Notes under the pieces: generated by a model
Database searches by the model: none
Told to the model about the DNA's origin: nothing
Seen by the model: the letters and a program-made list of their open reading frames with translations, nothing else
Position numbers and translations under genes: made by a program
NCBI GenBank assembly: GCA_023417265.1
Contig: JAEZFY010000344.1
Span: 12,367-76,366, forward strand
DNA length: 64,000 bases
Reading direction: 5' to 3'
Source of the DNA: Actinomycetes bacterium
Lineage (GTDB): Bacteria; Actinomycetota; Acidimicrobiia; Acidimicrobiales; Ilumatobacteraceae
Shown: piece after piece, positions 38,988 through 47,447 of the stretch
Layout: every line of letters begins with the position of its first letter
Numbering within the stretch: position 1 is the first letter of the stretch

Positions 38988-40199
38988 GTGCGATTCTTCT
39001 CGTTCCACTACATGACATACACCGGGCTCGATGCCGCCAAGGCGATCGAGGATCACGGCGTCGGGTGGTGCACGCTCCCGAACTCGCTCGCGGACGGCCG
39101 GGCGATGGCACACGATTGGAACAACTACCTCGACCAGGCGGCGTTCGCCGATGAGGTTGGATTCGACGGCGTCGCGGTTAACGAGCACCACCAGACAGCC
39201 TTCGGCACCATGCCCAACCCGAACGTGATGGCCGCCGCGCTCACCCAGCGCACCAAGCGGGCCCGCATCGGAGTGTTCGGCAACGCCCTACCCCTGCGGG
39301 CATCGCCACTCCAGTCGATCGAGGAGTACTCGATGCTCGACGTGCTGAGCAACGGTCGCATCGAGGCAGGATTCGTCGTGGGCGGCGGGCCGGAGTACTA
39401 CAACTTCGCACAGTCGCCCGCCGACGCCCGCGGCCGGTTCGCTGAGGCGCTCTCGCTGGCTCGCAAGGCGTGGACCGAGCCCGGCCCGTTCCGGTGGGAT
39501 GGCCAGCACTACCAGTACGACATCGTGAATCCCTGGCCGGTGCCGGTCCAGACTCCCCATCCGCCCGTGTGGATCTGTGGAGTCGGCAGCCCCTCGACCA
39601 TGGACATGTGCGCGCGCGAGAACCTCGGCTATCTCGGTGTCAACACCAACGTCGGTCACGAAGACTTCGTCGGCCAGTGCGAGTACTTCCGAAAGGCTGC
39701 CGACCGGTACGGCAGGGAATTCGATCCGGGCAAGATCGGATGGCTGTGCCACGTCCACATCGCCGACTCCGACGAACTCGCGATCCAGGAATTCATGCAG
39801 CACTCGGCCCAGAGCAGCCTGCTCACGCGCGGGTTCGCCGGGCCCTACAAGACCTACTTCCCCCCGGGGCACATGCCGCCCGACAAGCTCGCCCTGTGGG
39901 AACGCCACACGCGCAACACGGCAACGGGCAAGTCGGCGGTCGAGCGCGACCCCGAGCCGCTCTTCGGTTCGCCCGACACGGTGGCCGACCGGATGATCCG
40001 TCGGTTGAAGGAATACCAGATCGGCAACCTCGTGATCGCGTTCCAGTGGGGCAGCATGCCTCAGGAGATGGTGCTGCGCAGCATGCGCCGGTTCGCCGAG
40101 GACGTCATGCCGCGAGTTCGTGCCGAGGTCGGCGGGATGCTCGACGAGCTCTACCCCAACCGCAGCAAGGACGTCCCGAGCCAGGAGTTCGCATCGTGA
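38988..40199 (+). CDS. LLM flavin-dependent oxidoreductase (paired with alpha/beta hydrolase), copy 2
   Basis: Close paralog of 22189-23400 (MRFxSFHYMTY, NEHHQT, GFVVGGGPEYYNFAQ). Confidence 0.92.
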   Translation: MRFFSFHYMTYTGLDAAKAIEDHGVGWCTLPNSLADGRAMAHDWNNYLDQAAFADEVGFDGVAVNEHHQTAFGTMPNPNVMAAALTQRTKRARIGVFGNALPLRASPLQSIEEYSMLDVLSNGRIEAGFVVGGGPEYYNFAQSPADARGRFAEALSLARKAWTEPGPFRWDGQHYQYDIVNPWPVPVQTPHPPVWICGVGSPSTMDMCARENLGYLGVNTNVGHEDFVGQCEYFRKAADRYGREFDPGKIGWLCHVHIADSDELAIQEFMQHSAQSSLLTRGFAGPYKTYFPPGHMPPDKLALWERHTRNTATGKSAVERDPEPLFGSPDTVADRMIRRLKEYQIGNLVIAFQWGSMPQEMVLRSMRRFAEDVMPRVRAEVGGMLDELYPNRSKDVPSQEFAS

Positions 40200-41026
40200 T
40201 CACCGCCACCGCCACCGTCGTGTCGACTCCGCAGCTCGAGGTGTCCGTTGCCGAGGCGGGAGCCGGGGAGCACCTCGTGTACCTGCACGACGTGCTGTTC
40301 GACGTAGTCGACGCCTCGGAGGAGCTTCCGGCGATCGTGCGCCTGCTCGCCTCCGAGCGCCATGTGATCGCGCCCACGCTGCCCGGATTCCGCAACCTCG
40401 GCGATCTCGAGTCGGTCTCCGATGTCGAGGACTACGCCCTGCTGCTGGCTGACCTGCTTGCTGCGCTCGACGTCGGCACCCCGCATCTCGTCGGCACCGG
40501 CTTGGGTGGCTGGCTTGCCGCCGAAGTGGCCACTCGCTATCCGTCACTGATCCGGTCGCTGACGCTCGTCAACGCGTTTGGGCTACGACTTGAGTCACAT
40601 CCGATCGGCCGGTTCTTCGAGGCTGCCGCGCCCAATCCGCTCGGCGGCCGGCGCGAGGTCCGCGAGCTCCTGTTCGCCGACCCTGACGGCGAGCCGGCCC
40701 AGGGCGCCATGCCCGATTTCCCCACAGACGAGGCCAACGAGCGGTTCTTCCGGCACGTGCACGCCGCATCTCGCATCGGATGGACACCGCCTGCCTTCTA
40801 CAACCCGAAGCTGCTCGGGCGGCTCTCACGCGTGACGGTGCCGACGCTCGTCGTCTGGGGCTCGGCCAACCGACTCGTCGGCGATGCGCATCGCGCCAGC
40901 TACAGCGAGTCGATCCCCGGTGCGACGTCGGTGACGATCGGCGACGCAGGCCACGCCGTGGTGGTGGAGCGCCCGGACGAGCTGGCTGCGGCGATCTCCG
41001 GCTTTCTTGCTGGCGTCGAGTCCTGA
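40196..41026 (+). CDS. Alpha/beta-hydrolase-fold protein lacking the nucleophile Ser, copy 2
   Basis: HLVGTGLGG, YLHDVLFD, AAAPNPLGGRRE, DAGHA; GTGA coupling to the LLM. Confidence 0.85.
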   Translation: MITATATVVSTPQLEVSVAEAGAGEHLVYLHDVLFDVVDASEELPAIVRLLASERHVIAPTLPGFRNLGDLESVSDVEDYALLLADLLAALDVGTPHLVGTGLGGWLAAEVATRYPSLIRSLTLVNAFGLRLESHPIGRFFEAAAPNPLGGRREVRELLFADPDGEPAQGAMPDFPTDEANERFFRHVHAASRIGWTPPAFYNPKLLGRLSRVTVPTLVVWGSANRLVGDAHRASYSESIPGATSVTIGDAGHAVVVERPDELAAAISGFLAGVES

Positions 41027-41032
41027 GCTCAG

Positions 41033-42358
41033 GTGACCGTGGCCCGCCGGTCACGGCGCCGGCGGGGCAACCCCGCCTCGACCGACGCGGTGCGGCCACC
41101 GCTGGCGTCGATCGCCCACCGCACGTTCGCCGCGCTGCGGTTCCGCAACTACCGCCTGTACCTGGCGAGTCAACTCATCTCGTTCTCCGGTACGTGGATG
41201 CAGCAGCTCGCCCAGTCCTGGCTGGTGCTCGAGCTGACCGGAAGCGGGACGGCGCTCGGCGGTGTGCTCGCGTTCCAGTTCCTACCAATGCTGATCCTCG
41301 CCCCGGTCGGCGGCCTGGTGGCTGACCGGCTCGACAAGCGCCGGCTGATCGCAGCGACCCAGTCCGCGGCAGGTTCGGTTGCCCTGTGCCTCGGCATCCT
41401 GACGATATGGGGGGCCGTCGAGCTGTGGATGGTCTACGCCCTGGCGACCGTGCTGGGCGCCGTGACCGCCCTCGACAATCCGGCCCGGCAGACGTTCGTG
41501 TCGGAGATGGTGGGCGCCGCCCACCTCGCCAACGCGATCACGCTCAACTCCGTGACGATCAACACGGCTCGCGCCGTCGGGCCCGCTGTCGGGGGCGTGC
41601 TGATCGCCACGATGGGCATCGGCCCATGCTTCATGGTCAACGCGGCCAGCTATCTCGTCGTCGTCGTCAGCATGCAGCTGATCGACGGAACGAAGCTGCA
41701 CCCGACACCGCGCGCGGTCCGGGCTCGCGGGCAGCTGCGTCAGGGCTTGCGGTATGCGTGGGATCATCCGCGACTACGGACCACGCTCGTGATGGTGGCG
41801 GTCGTCGGGTTGTTCCTGTTCGAATTCCCGGTGACGTTCCCGCTGCTCGCCGACCAGACGTTCGACGTGGGGGCGTCGGGACTTGCCGTGATGGAGGCCC
41901 TGTTCGGCATGGGTGCGGTCGGCGGCGGGTTGTTCGTCGCGTCCCGTGGGACGCCGACGTTGCAGCGCTTCGTGAAGCTGACGCTGTGCGGGAGCGTCCT
42001 CGCGCTGGTGCTGGCGGTCGCGCCGGTGGTCTTCGTGGCGTATGCGACGGTGCCATTCCTCGGCGCGGCGATGATCGCCACGCTCGTGGCCGCCAATGCG
42101 TTGCTCCAGGTCACTGCCGAGCCGCATCTGCGCGGCCGGGTGATCGCCTTGTTCGCGATGGCGGTACTCGGTACGACGCCGATCGGTGCGCCGCTGGTCG
42201 GTTGGATCGGCGAGTACGTCGATCCACGCGCCGCGGTCGCTGTCGGGGGGATCGCCGGCATCGCCGCCGCGGGGTACGGCATGGCGAGGCTGCGGCAGCA
42301 GGCTGCGATGGAGCGGGACGATCAGCTGAGTCCGTGCGAATCCGCAGCGTTGAGCTGA
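41033..42358 (+). CDS. MFS transporter (MFS_3/EntS-like efflux type)
   Basis: RNYRLY...GTWMQ, GLVADRLDKRR, DNPARQ, HLRGRV; many hydrophobic segments. Confidence 0.9.
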   Translation: MTVARRSRRRRGNPASTDAVRPPLASIAHRTFAALRFRNYRLYLASQLISFSGTWMQQLAQSWLVLELTGSGTALGGVLAFQFLPMLILAPVGGLVADRLDKRRLIAATQSAAGSVALCLGILTIWGAVELWMVYALATVLGAVTALDNPARQTFVSEMVGAAHLANAITLNSVTINTARAVGPAVGGVLIATMGIGPCFMVNAASYLVVVVSMQLIDGTKLHPTPRAVRARGQLRQGLRYAWDHPRLRTTLVMVAVVGLFLFEFPVTFPLLADQTFDVGASGLAVMEALFGMGAVGGGLFVASRGTPTLQRFVKLTLCGSVLALVLAVAPVVFVAYATVPFLGAAMIATLVAANALLQVTAEPHLRGRVIALFAMAVLGTTPIGAPLVGWIGEYVDPRAAVAVGGIAGIAAAGYGMARLRQQAAMERDDQLSPCESAALS

Positions 42359-43917
42359 CGCCGCACGTTGGCGGCGATCTCGCGGCGGTGCGGCTTGCCG
42401 CTGGCGAGGGTCGCGACCTCCGCGGGAGTGAGCGCCACGATCCGACGCGGCACCTTGTAGGCCGACAACACGTCGCGCAGCTGCGCACGGGTGGTCTCGG
42501 CGTCGAAGTCCGCCTCGACCGCCGGTACCACCGCTGCGATCACATCCTCGCCTCGTTGGGGATGAGGCATGCCGAACACGAACGCCTGAGCGACGTGCGG
42601 CAGCGCCAACAGGGCCTGCTCGACCTCAAGGGGCGACACATTGGCACCCGCCGCCTTGATCATCTCGCTGTATCGCCCGGTGAAGTAGATGGATCCACCT
42701 TCGAGGTAGCCGCGATCTCCCGTGTGGTACCAGCCCTCGGCATCGAACACCTCTTCGCGCTCGCGTCCGTAGAGGCCCGCCATCAACCCGTAGCCGCGCA
42801 CGCAGAACTCGCCTTCGTCGCCGTCTGGAACGCGCTGCCCGGTATCCGGATCGATCACCTGATAGTCGAAGTAGCGCGGGTCGCGGTGCATGCCGAACGT
42901 CTCGGTCATACCCATGTTGATCGAGTGCCCACGTGACGACCGCACCTGGGAAGGGAGGTTGGTCGGCACCTCGAGCGACGAGAGGTCTCGCTGCTGCGCC
43001 TCGGGGTGCGAGCGCACCGCCTGGGCCATCGTCGGCCAGCCGGCGACGTGAGTCGCCCGCTCACGCTCCAGGAGGTCGATTGCCTGATCGGCGTCGAAGC
43101 GGGGTTGGCAGATGACGCTGGATCCGGTGTGGAGGCTGCCCAGCAGCGACTGCGGCCCGCCGACCCAGAAGAACGGCATCACGAGGAACACCCGACGCCC
43201 AGGTGTCGAGGTTTCCAGGCCAAGGCCAGACGAGGGGTGGACCTTGCGGACAGCCGTGCCATGCGTGTGCAGCACTGCCTTCGGTGCCGCCGAGGTGCCG
43301 GAGGTGAGGATCGCCAGCAGGAGGTCGGAGGGTGTCACCCGCTCCTCGACCGACCGCAGCAGGGCGTCGTCGGCGAGGCCGGGCATCGCCGCGCCACTCA
43401 CCTCTGCAGCGACCGACGTCGACCAGGCGCGGCGCGTGTGCGGGGCGGTCCCGATCATCCACACCGAGCGCAGGTACGGGGCGTCGTCGAGCTCGAGAGT
43501 GGGGTTCCCCGACGACGCGAGCTGGGGGAACGCGGTCTCGAGTTGGTCGGCGTAGTCGACCCCGAACAACTCGCTCGGGCAGAGGAGCAGCTGGACGTCG
43601 CTCGTTTGGACGGCCGTCCGCAGCTCGCTCGGGCGATAGGTGGAACTGAAGAGCATCGACAAGGCGCCGATTCGTGCGGCCGCCAGGAAGCACACGACGA
43701 ACTCGGTACTCGATGGTAGGACGATGCCCACTCGGGTGCCCTTGCCGACTCCTGCTGCGAGCATCCGGCGGGCGAGCACCGCAGACCGGCGGTCGGCGTC
43801 GCGGAACGTGAGGCGATCGGTCGGGCTCACGACATGATCGCTGTCGCCGAACTGCTCGACAGCGCGCGTCAGCAGGGCTGGCAGCGTGGGAGTGAAGTCG
43901 AGCTGCGGCACTCGCAT
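42322..43917 (-). CDS. Acyl-CoA synthetase / AMP-binding enzyme, copy 2
   Basis: LTSGTSAAPK, GMTETFGMHR, GWYHTGDRG, LASGK; paralog of 5736-7316. Confidence 0.9.
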   Translation of the reverse strand: MRVPQLDFTPTLPALLTRAVEQFGDSDHVVSPTDRLTFRDADRRSAVLARRMLAAGVGKGTRVGIVLPSSTEFVVCFLAAARIGALSMLFSSTYRPSELRTAVQTSDVQLLLCPSELFGVDYADQLETAFPQLASSGNPTLELDDAPYLRSVWMIGTAPHTRRAWSTSVAAEVSGAAMPGLADDALLRSVEERVTPSDLLLAILTSGTSAAPKAVLHTHGTAVRKVHPSSGLGLETSTPGRRVFLVMPFFWVGGPQSLLGSLHTGSSVICQPRFDADQAIDLLERERATHVAGWPTMAQAVRSHPEAQQRDLSSLEVPTNLPSQVRSSRGHSINMGMTETFGMHRDPRYFDYQVIDPDTGQRVPDGDEGEFCVRGYGLMAGLYGREREEVFDAEGWYHTGDRGYLEGGSIYFTGRYSEMIKAAGANVSPLEVEQALLALPHVAQAFVFGMPHPQRGEDVIAAVVPAVEADFDAETTRAQLRDVLSAYKVPRRIVALTPAEVATLASGKPHRREIAANVRRQLNAADSHGLS

Positions 43918-43948
43918 GGGGATCCCTCGGCGATTCGGATCGGTTCGG

Positions 43949-44392
43949 TCAGCGCTCGTGGCGTGTGGCGACCGGCACCGGGTGGCCCTCGAGCGTGTCC
44001 ATCGCTTCCCAGAAGCGCGCGGGCGGCTCGCCGGCACGTCCTGTGCTGCGGTCGATGCCGGTCATCACGACGCGCGAGCGGGCCACGGTGCGACCGGTCG
44101 TCGCGTTCCACAGCTCCACGTGCAGCACGTACGAGCGCCGGCTGCGCTGTGTGGCACGGATACCCATCATCATGACGTCGCCGCCGTGGCACTCGTCGTC
44201 GAAGTTGGTGGTGATCTCGCGAACGACGGCCGCGGGCAGCTCGCCGCCGGCGGCGTCCCTCACGATGCGAACGTATGCCTGCCACCCCAGCGACAGGAAC
44301 CGTTGCACCTCGTAGTCGACGACGTGCGCGTCGGGGGCGCCGACGAGTGGTGCCACGACGTCTAGGGTCACGGGAAACTCGCCTCGCTCCAT
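43949..44392 (-). CDS. Probable hot-dog-fold acyl-CoA thioesterase
   Basis: About 147 aa; DAHV, VVREITTNF, RRSY and C-terminal GIDRSTGRAGEPP resemble 4HBT/YbgC-type proteins; lies directly upstream of the ligase. Confidence 0.55.
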   Translation of the reverse strand: MERGEFPVTLDVVAPLVGAPDAHVVDYEVQRFLSLGWQAYVRIVRDAAGGELPAAVVREITTNFDDECHGGDVMMMGIRATQRSRRSYVLHVELWNATTGRTVARSRVVMTGIDRSTGRAGEPPARFWEAMDTLEGHPVPVATRHER

Positions 44393-44425
44393 CTTCGGCA
44401 CGCTACGCGCTGGTGTTCGCAAGCT

Positions 44426-44434
44426 GTCCAACTG
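44426..44434. promoter_or_regulatory. Recurrent motif GTCCAACTG
   Basis: Exact copy; AGCTGTCCAACTGC is the reverse complement of 53304-53317. Confidence 0.55.
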
Positions 44435-44524
44435 CTCGCCCGGGCGCTCCGTACGCTGATTCTCGGTCCTGCCGGCACGGGCCGGGCGGGCCATGGAGGC
44501 ACGATGAACCAACGCGGTCGGGTG

Positions 44525-45040
44525 ATGGCCACCATGAGGATCCGCGACCTGGCCGAGCGGTACGCGGTAGCCGTCGATGCCAAGGACGTCGGCGGGGTCG
44601 CTCGGCTTTTCGTCTCGGACGTCGTCGTGCCCGGGCACGGTGTCGGGCGCGATGCCATCGCAGCGTTCTACGACCAGGTCCTGCGGCGGTTCCACTGTTC
44701 GATGCACCTCGTGGCCAACACCGTCGTCGATCAGCACGACGAGGAGCACGCCTCGGGTGTGGTCTACTGCCGGGTCCATCATCACAGCACCGATCCGGAG
44801 CATTGGTACGACCACGCCCTGGCGTACTTCGACGACTACGCGATCGAGTCCGGGCAGTGGCGCTTCCGCCGGCGGCGCGTTCACACCTGGTATCGCCAGA
44901 CGGTGGCTCATCCGCACGCCGACGGCGCGCGTGTGATTCCACCGTCCGGTAGCGACGGCACCTCGCGCGGGCGGCTACCCGACGGCTTTGCGACGTTCGA
45001 GACGTTTTGGCAACGCGACCCCCGCAGCTCCGAACGCTGA
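44525..45040 (+). CDS. SnoaL/NTF2-like protein
   Basis: IRDLAERYAVAVDAKD, FHCSMHLVAN, GVVYCRVHH; start may be 44504, 44525 or 44534. Confidence 0.88.
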   Translation: MATMRIRDLAERYAVAVDAKDVGGVARLFVSDVVVPGHGVGRDAIAAFYDQVLRRFHCSMHLVANTVVDQHDEEHASGVVYCRVHHHSTDPEHWYDHALAYFDDYAIESGQWRFRRRRVHTWYRQTVAHPHADGARVIPPSGSDGTSRGRLPDGFATFETFWQRDPRSSER

Positions 45041-45075
45041 GGTCGCAGTTTGGGGGTGCGGACTGGCATCATCGC

Positions 45076-45090
45076 CTAACTGAAGTTAGA
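45076..45090. promoter_or_regulatory. Palindrome CTAAC-TGAA-GTTAG directly upstream of StrR-like gene 2
   Basis: Perfect 5-bp arms; near-identical to 9982-9996. Confidence 0.65.
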
Positions 45091-45098
45091 TTGACCAC

Positions 45099-46055
45099 GT
45101 GGAGGGGATTTTGAGCACGTATGCCCAGAACGTCGCCCGAACGGTTGACGTGCTCGCCGGCGCGACGCCTGTGGTCTCGCCCGGCGAGCTCGAGGTCGTC
45201 TCGCTCGACGTCGGTGTCAGCCTTCGCGAGGGTGGCGTCAGCGCCGCACACGTCGAGCGGCTCCGCGCCGATCCGGGACGGTGGGGGCCCCTGCTGGTGT
45301 CGTCGCGAAGCGGTCGCGTGCTGGATGGTCAGCATCGGACGCTCGCCGCGACCTCGCTTGGCCTCCGCCGATTGGCCGTGCTCTGGTTCGAGGGAGACGC
45401 CGAGGAGGAGTATCTCGAGTTCGTTCGCGCCAACCTGCGAAGCCCCCTTCCGTTGGCACGCGGCGACCGACAGCGGGCGGCTCGGCTGCTGCTCGCGCGC
45501 CAACCTCAGAGTGCCGACCGACTGATCGGAGCGCTGTCCGGCGTCTCGCCAAAGACGGTTGCGCGGCTCCGCACTCGTGTCGAGGGCGAGGGCGCCCCGT
45601 CCGCCCGGGTGGGTCGCGACGGTCGCGTCCGTCCTCTCGATGCAGCTGCGCAGCGCGCCCGGATCGTCGACGCGCTGCTGGAGAACCCGGACGCCTCGCT
45701 ACGTACCATCGCCCGTGAACTCGAGGTCTCACCGGAGACCGTACGGCGACTCCGGATCGCGCTCGACCAGCAGTGCGGCTCCATCGCCGAGTCCGACCCG
45801 TTCACACTCGGCAACGCAGGTGGGACGCAGTGGAACGGTTGCGGCTCCGGGTCTTCGGAGGGTGTTCTCGCCGACGGTTCGGTTGCGCTGGCTTTCCTCG
45901 AACGCTCGGTGGTCACCGACAGCGACATCGACCCGTGCGCCGAGGCGGTACCGCTGAGCCGCGTCTACGAAATCGCCGACGAAGCTCGCCGGCGGGCCGC
46001 CGCGTGGCACCGACTCGCCGATCTCATCGAGCGGCGAGTCCGTCACCGCCGCTGA
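45099..46055 (+). CDS. StrR-family transcriptional regulator (ParB-N + HTH), copy 2
   Basis: PLLV...VLDGQHRTLAA, ADRLIGALSGVSPKTV, RVGRDGRVRP, SLRTIARELEVSPETV; C-terminal AVPLSRVYEIADEARRRAA identical to copy 1. Confidence 0.85.
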   Translation: MEGILSTYAQNVARTVDVLAGATPVVSPGELEVVSLDVGVSLREGGVSAAHVERLRADPGRWGPLLVSSRSGRVLDGQHRTLAATSLGLRRLAVLWFEGDAEEEYLEFVRANLRSPLPLARGDRQRAARLLLARQPQSADRLIGALSGVSPKTVARLRTRVEGEGAPSARVGRDGRVRPLDAAAQRARIVDALLENPDASLRTIARELEVSPETVRRLRIALDQQCGSIAESDPFTLGNAGGTQWNGCGSGSSEGVLADGSVALAFLERSVVTDSDIDPCAEAVPLSRVYEIADEARRRAAAWHRLADLIERRVRHRR

Positions 46056-46120
46056 TCCCGAAAACGACGTGGGGCCGGGCCCGGCGGCGGGGGGGGGGCG
46101 CGCCCGCCAGGGAGGATCGG

Positions 46121-47329
46121 TCAGGACAGGCCGACGAGTTCCATCCCGTTGTCGCGCATGACGCGGCGCTGGGTGGCTTCGTCGAGCCGCGAGACGTGCT
46201 CGATCAGCTGAGTCGGGAACGCAAGGCCCTCCGCGTGCGGGAAGTCGGAGCCACCGACGATCACATCGGCGCCGACCGCTTCGACGATCGGTTCGATCTC
46301 GTCTTCCCAGTAGGGGACCACCCGGAAGTGGCGCTTGAAGATCTCGCTCGGCCGCTCGGTGAGCTGACCGTTCAACCACCGCCCGTTGCGGCCCATGCCA
46401 CGCATCTTGTCGACGCGGCGAGTGAACGCCGGGATCCATTCGCAGCCGTGCTCGGCCGAGAGGATCTTGAGGTTCGGGAAGCGTGCGAACAGGTTGGCGT
46501 AGAGCAGCGAGGAGAACGTCTCGAGCGCCGGCTGCTCGCCGTAGGCCCATGCCCACTGCCACGCTGACTGGTTGAAGAACGTCGGGTACTCCTCCTCGCC
46601 CCACGCCCTCGACCGCTCGGCCTTGAACCCTCGCATGGCCTCGTTGATGTGGTACGCCGCGACGACGCCGGCATCGTTGAGTCGACCCCAGATCGGGTCG
46701 AAGTGTGTGTCGCCGGGCGACCGACCGTAAGCCGGCCCTGGGCAGAAGGTCACCACCTTGCAACCGCGCTCGATCAGCCAGTCGAGCTGCTCGCCGGTGC
46801 GCTGCGGATCGCGGAACGACAGCACCGGAGCGAAGAAGATCCGGTTCTCGGTGTTGAAGCCCCAGGCATCGAAGGCGTAGCGGAGGTACGCCCACGAGGT
46901 TGCGTAATAGAGGTCGTCGTCCTCGAAGGCGAATTCCTGGAGCAGCCCCACCGACCCGGGGAACACTACGGCCGCATCGACGTTCTGTCGATCGAGCTGA
47001 GCCAGGCGGTGGTCGCGGTTCTGGAACGCCGGGTCCATCGGCATGTACTCGTACGAGTTGCCGGCCTCAGGACCGGACTTGAGCTTGCGGAGCATCTCTT
47101 TGAGTGACCCAGGACGTACGACGGTGTTCTGCCGATTGTCGGTCGAGATCACGCGCCCGTCGGCGATCGGGACGAGCTCGCCGTCTTCCGTCGTGATCCG
47201 CCGGATGGTTCGCTCCGCGTACTCGGCGGGGATGTACTCCGCCAGGCAGTCCCACGGCTCGTAGATGTGCTGGTCGCCGTCGAAGATGCCGTACGGAGTG
47301 AAGGTTTGGAACTCGTTGTACTCGGCCAC
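46121..47329 (-). CDS. Amidohydrolase_2 family protein (paralog of 20941-22140)
   Basis: FDGDQH, YHINE, LSAEHG, GGSDFPHAEG. Confidence 0.9.
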   Translation of the reverse strand: MAEYNEFQTFTPYGIFDGDQHIYEPWDCLAEYIPAEYAERTIRRITTEDGELVPIADGRVISTDNRQNTVVRPGSLKEMLRKLKSGPEAGNSYEYMPMDPAFQNRDHRLAQLDRQNVDAAVVFPGSVGLLQEFAFEDDDLYYATSWAYLRYAFDAWGFNTENRIFFAPVLSFRDPQRTGEQLDWLIERGCKVVTFCPGPAYGRSPGDTHFDPIWGRLNDAGVVAAYHINEAMRGFKAERSRAWGEEEYPTFFNQSAWQWAWAYGEQPALETFSSLLYANLFARFPNLKILSAEHGCEWIPAFTRRVDKMRGMGRNGRWLNGQLTERPSEIFKRHFRVVPYWEDEIEPIVEAVGADVIVGGSDFPHAEGLAFPTQLIEHVSRLDEATQRRVMRDNGMELVGLS

Positions 47330-47389
47330 GTGGGTGCCTTCCGGTAGCAGGGGGATCGATCCGCGGCGATCACTCGCTCGCGGCACCAA

Positions 47390-47404
47390 CTATACGCTGT
47401 ATAG
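47390..47404. promoter_or_regulatory. Perfect palindrome CTATAC-GCT-GTATAG, candidate TetR-type operator
   Basis: AT-rich inverted repeat 60 bp upstream of the amidohydrolase start. Confidence 0.5.
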
Positions 47405-47447
47405 GAGCCGTCCGCAACGAATCCGCGTGGACGTCCAACGGGCGTCC

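Noticed and set aside
42322..42358. Convergent 3' overlaps (MFS/ligase; also 50816-50849)
   Set aside because: Short tail overlaps are common in high-GC genomes
46071..46110. G10 run and GC hairpin between convergent genes
   Set aside because: Could be a terminator stem but has no U-tract; being intergenic at 3' ends, phase variation is unlikely
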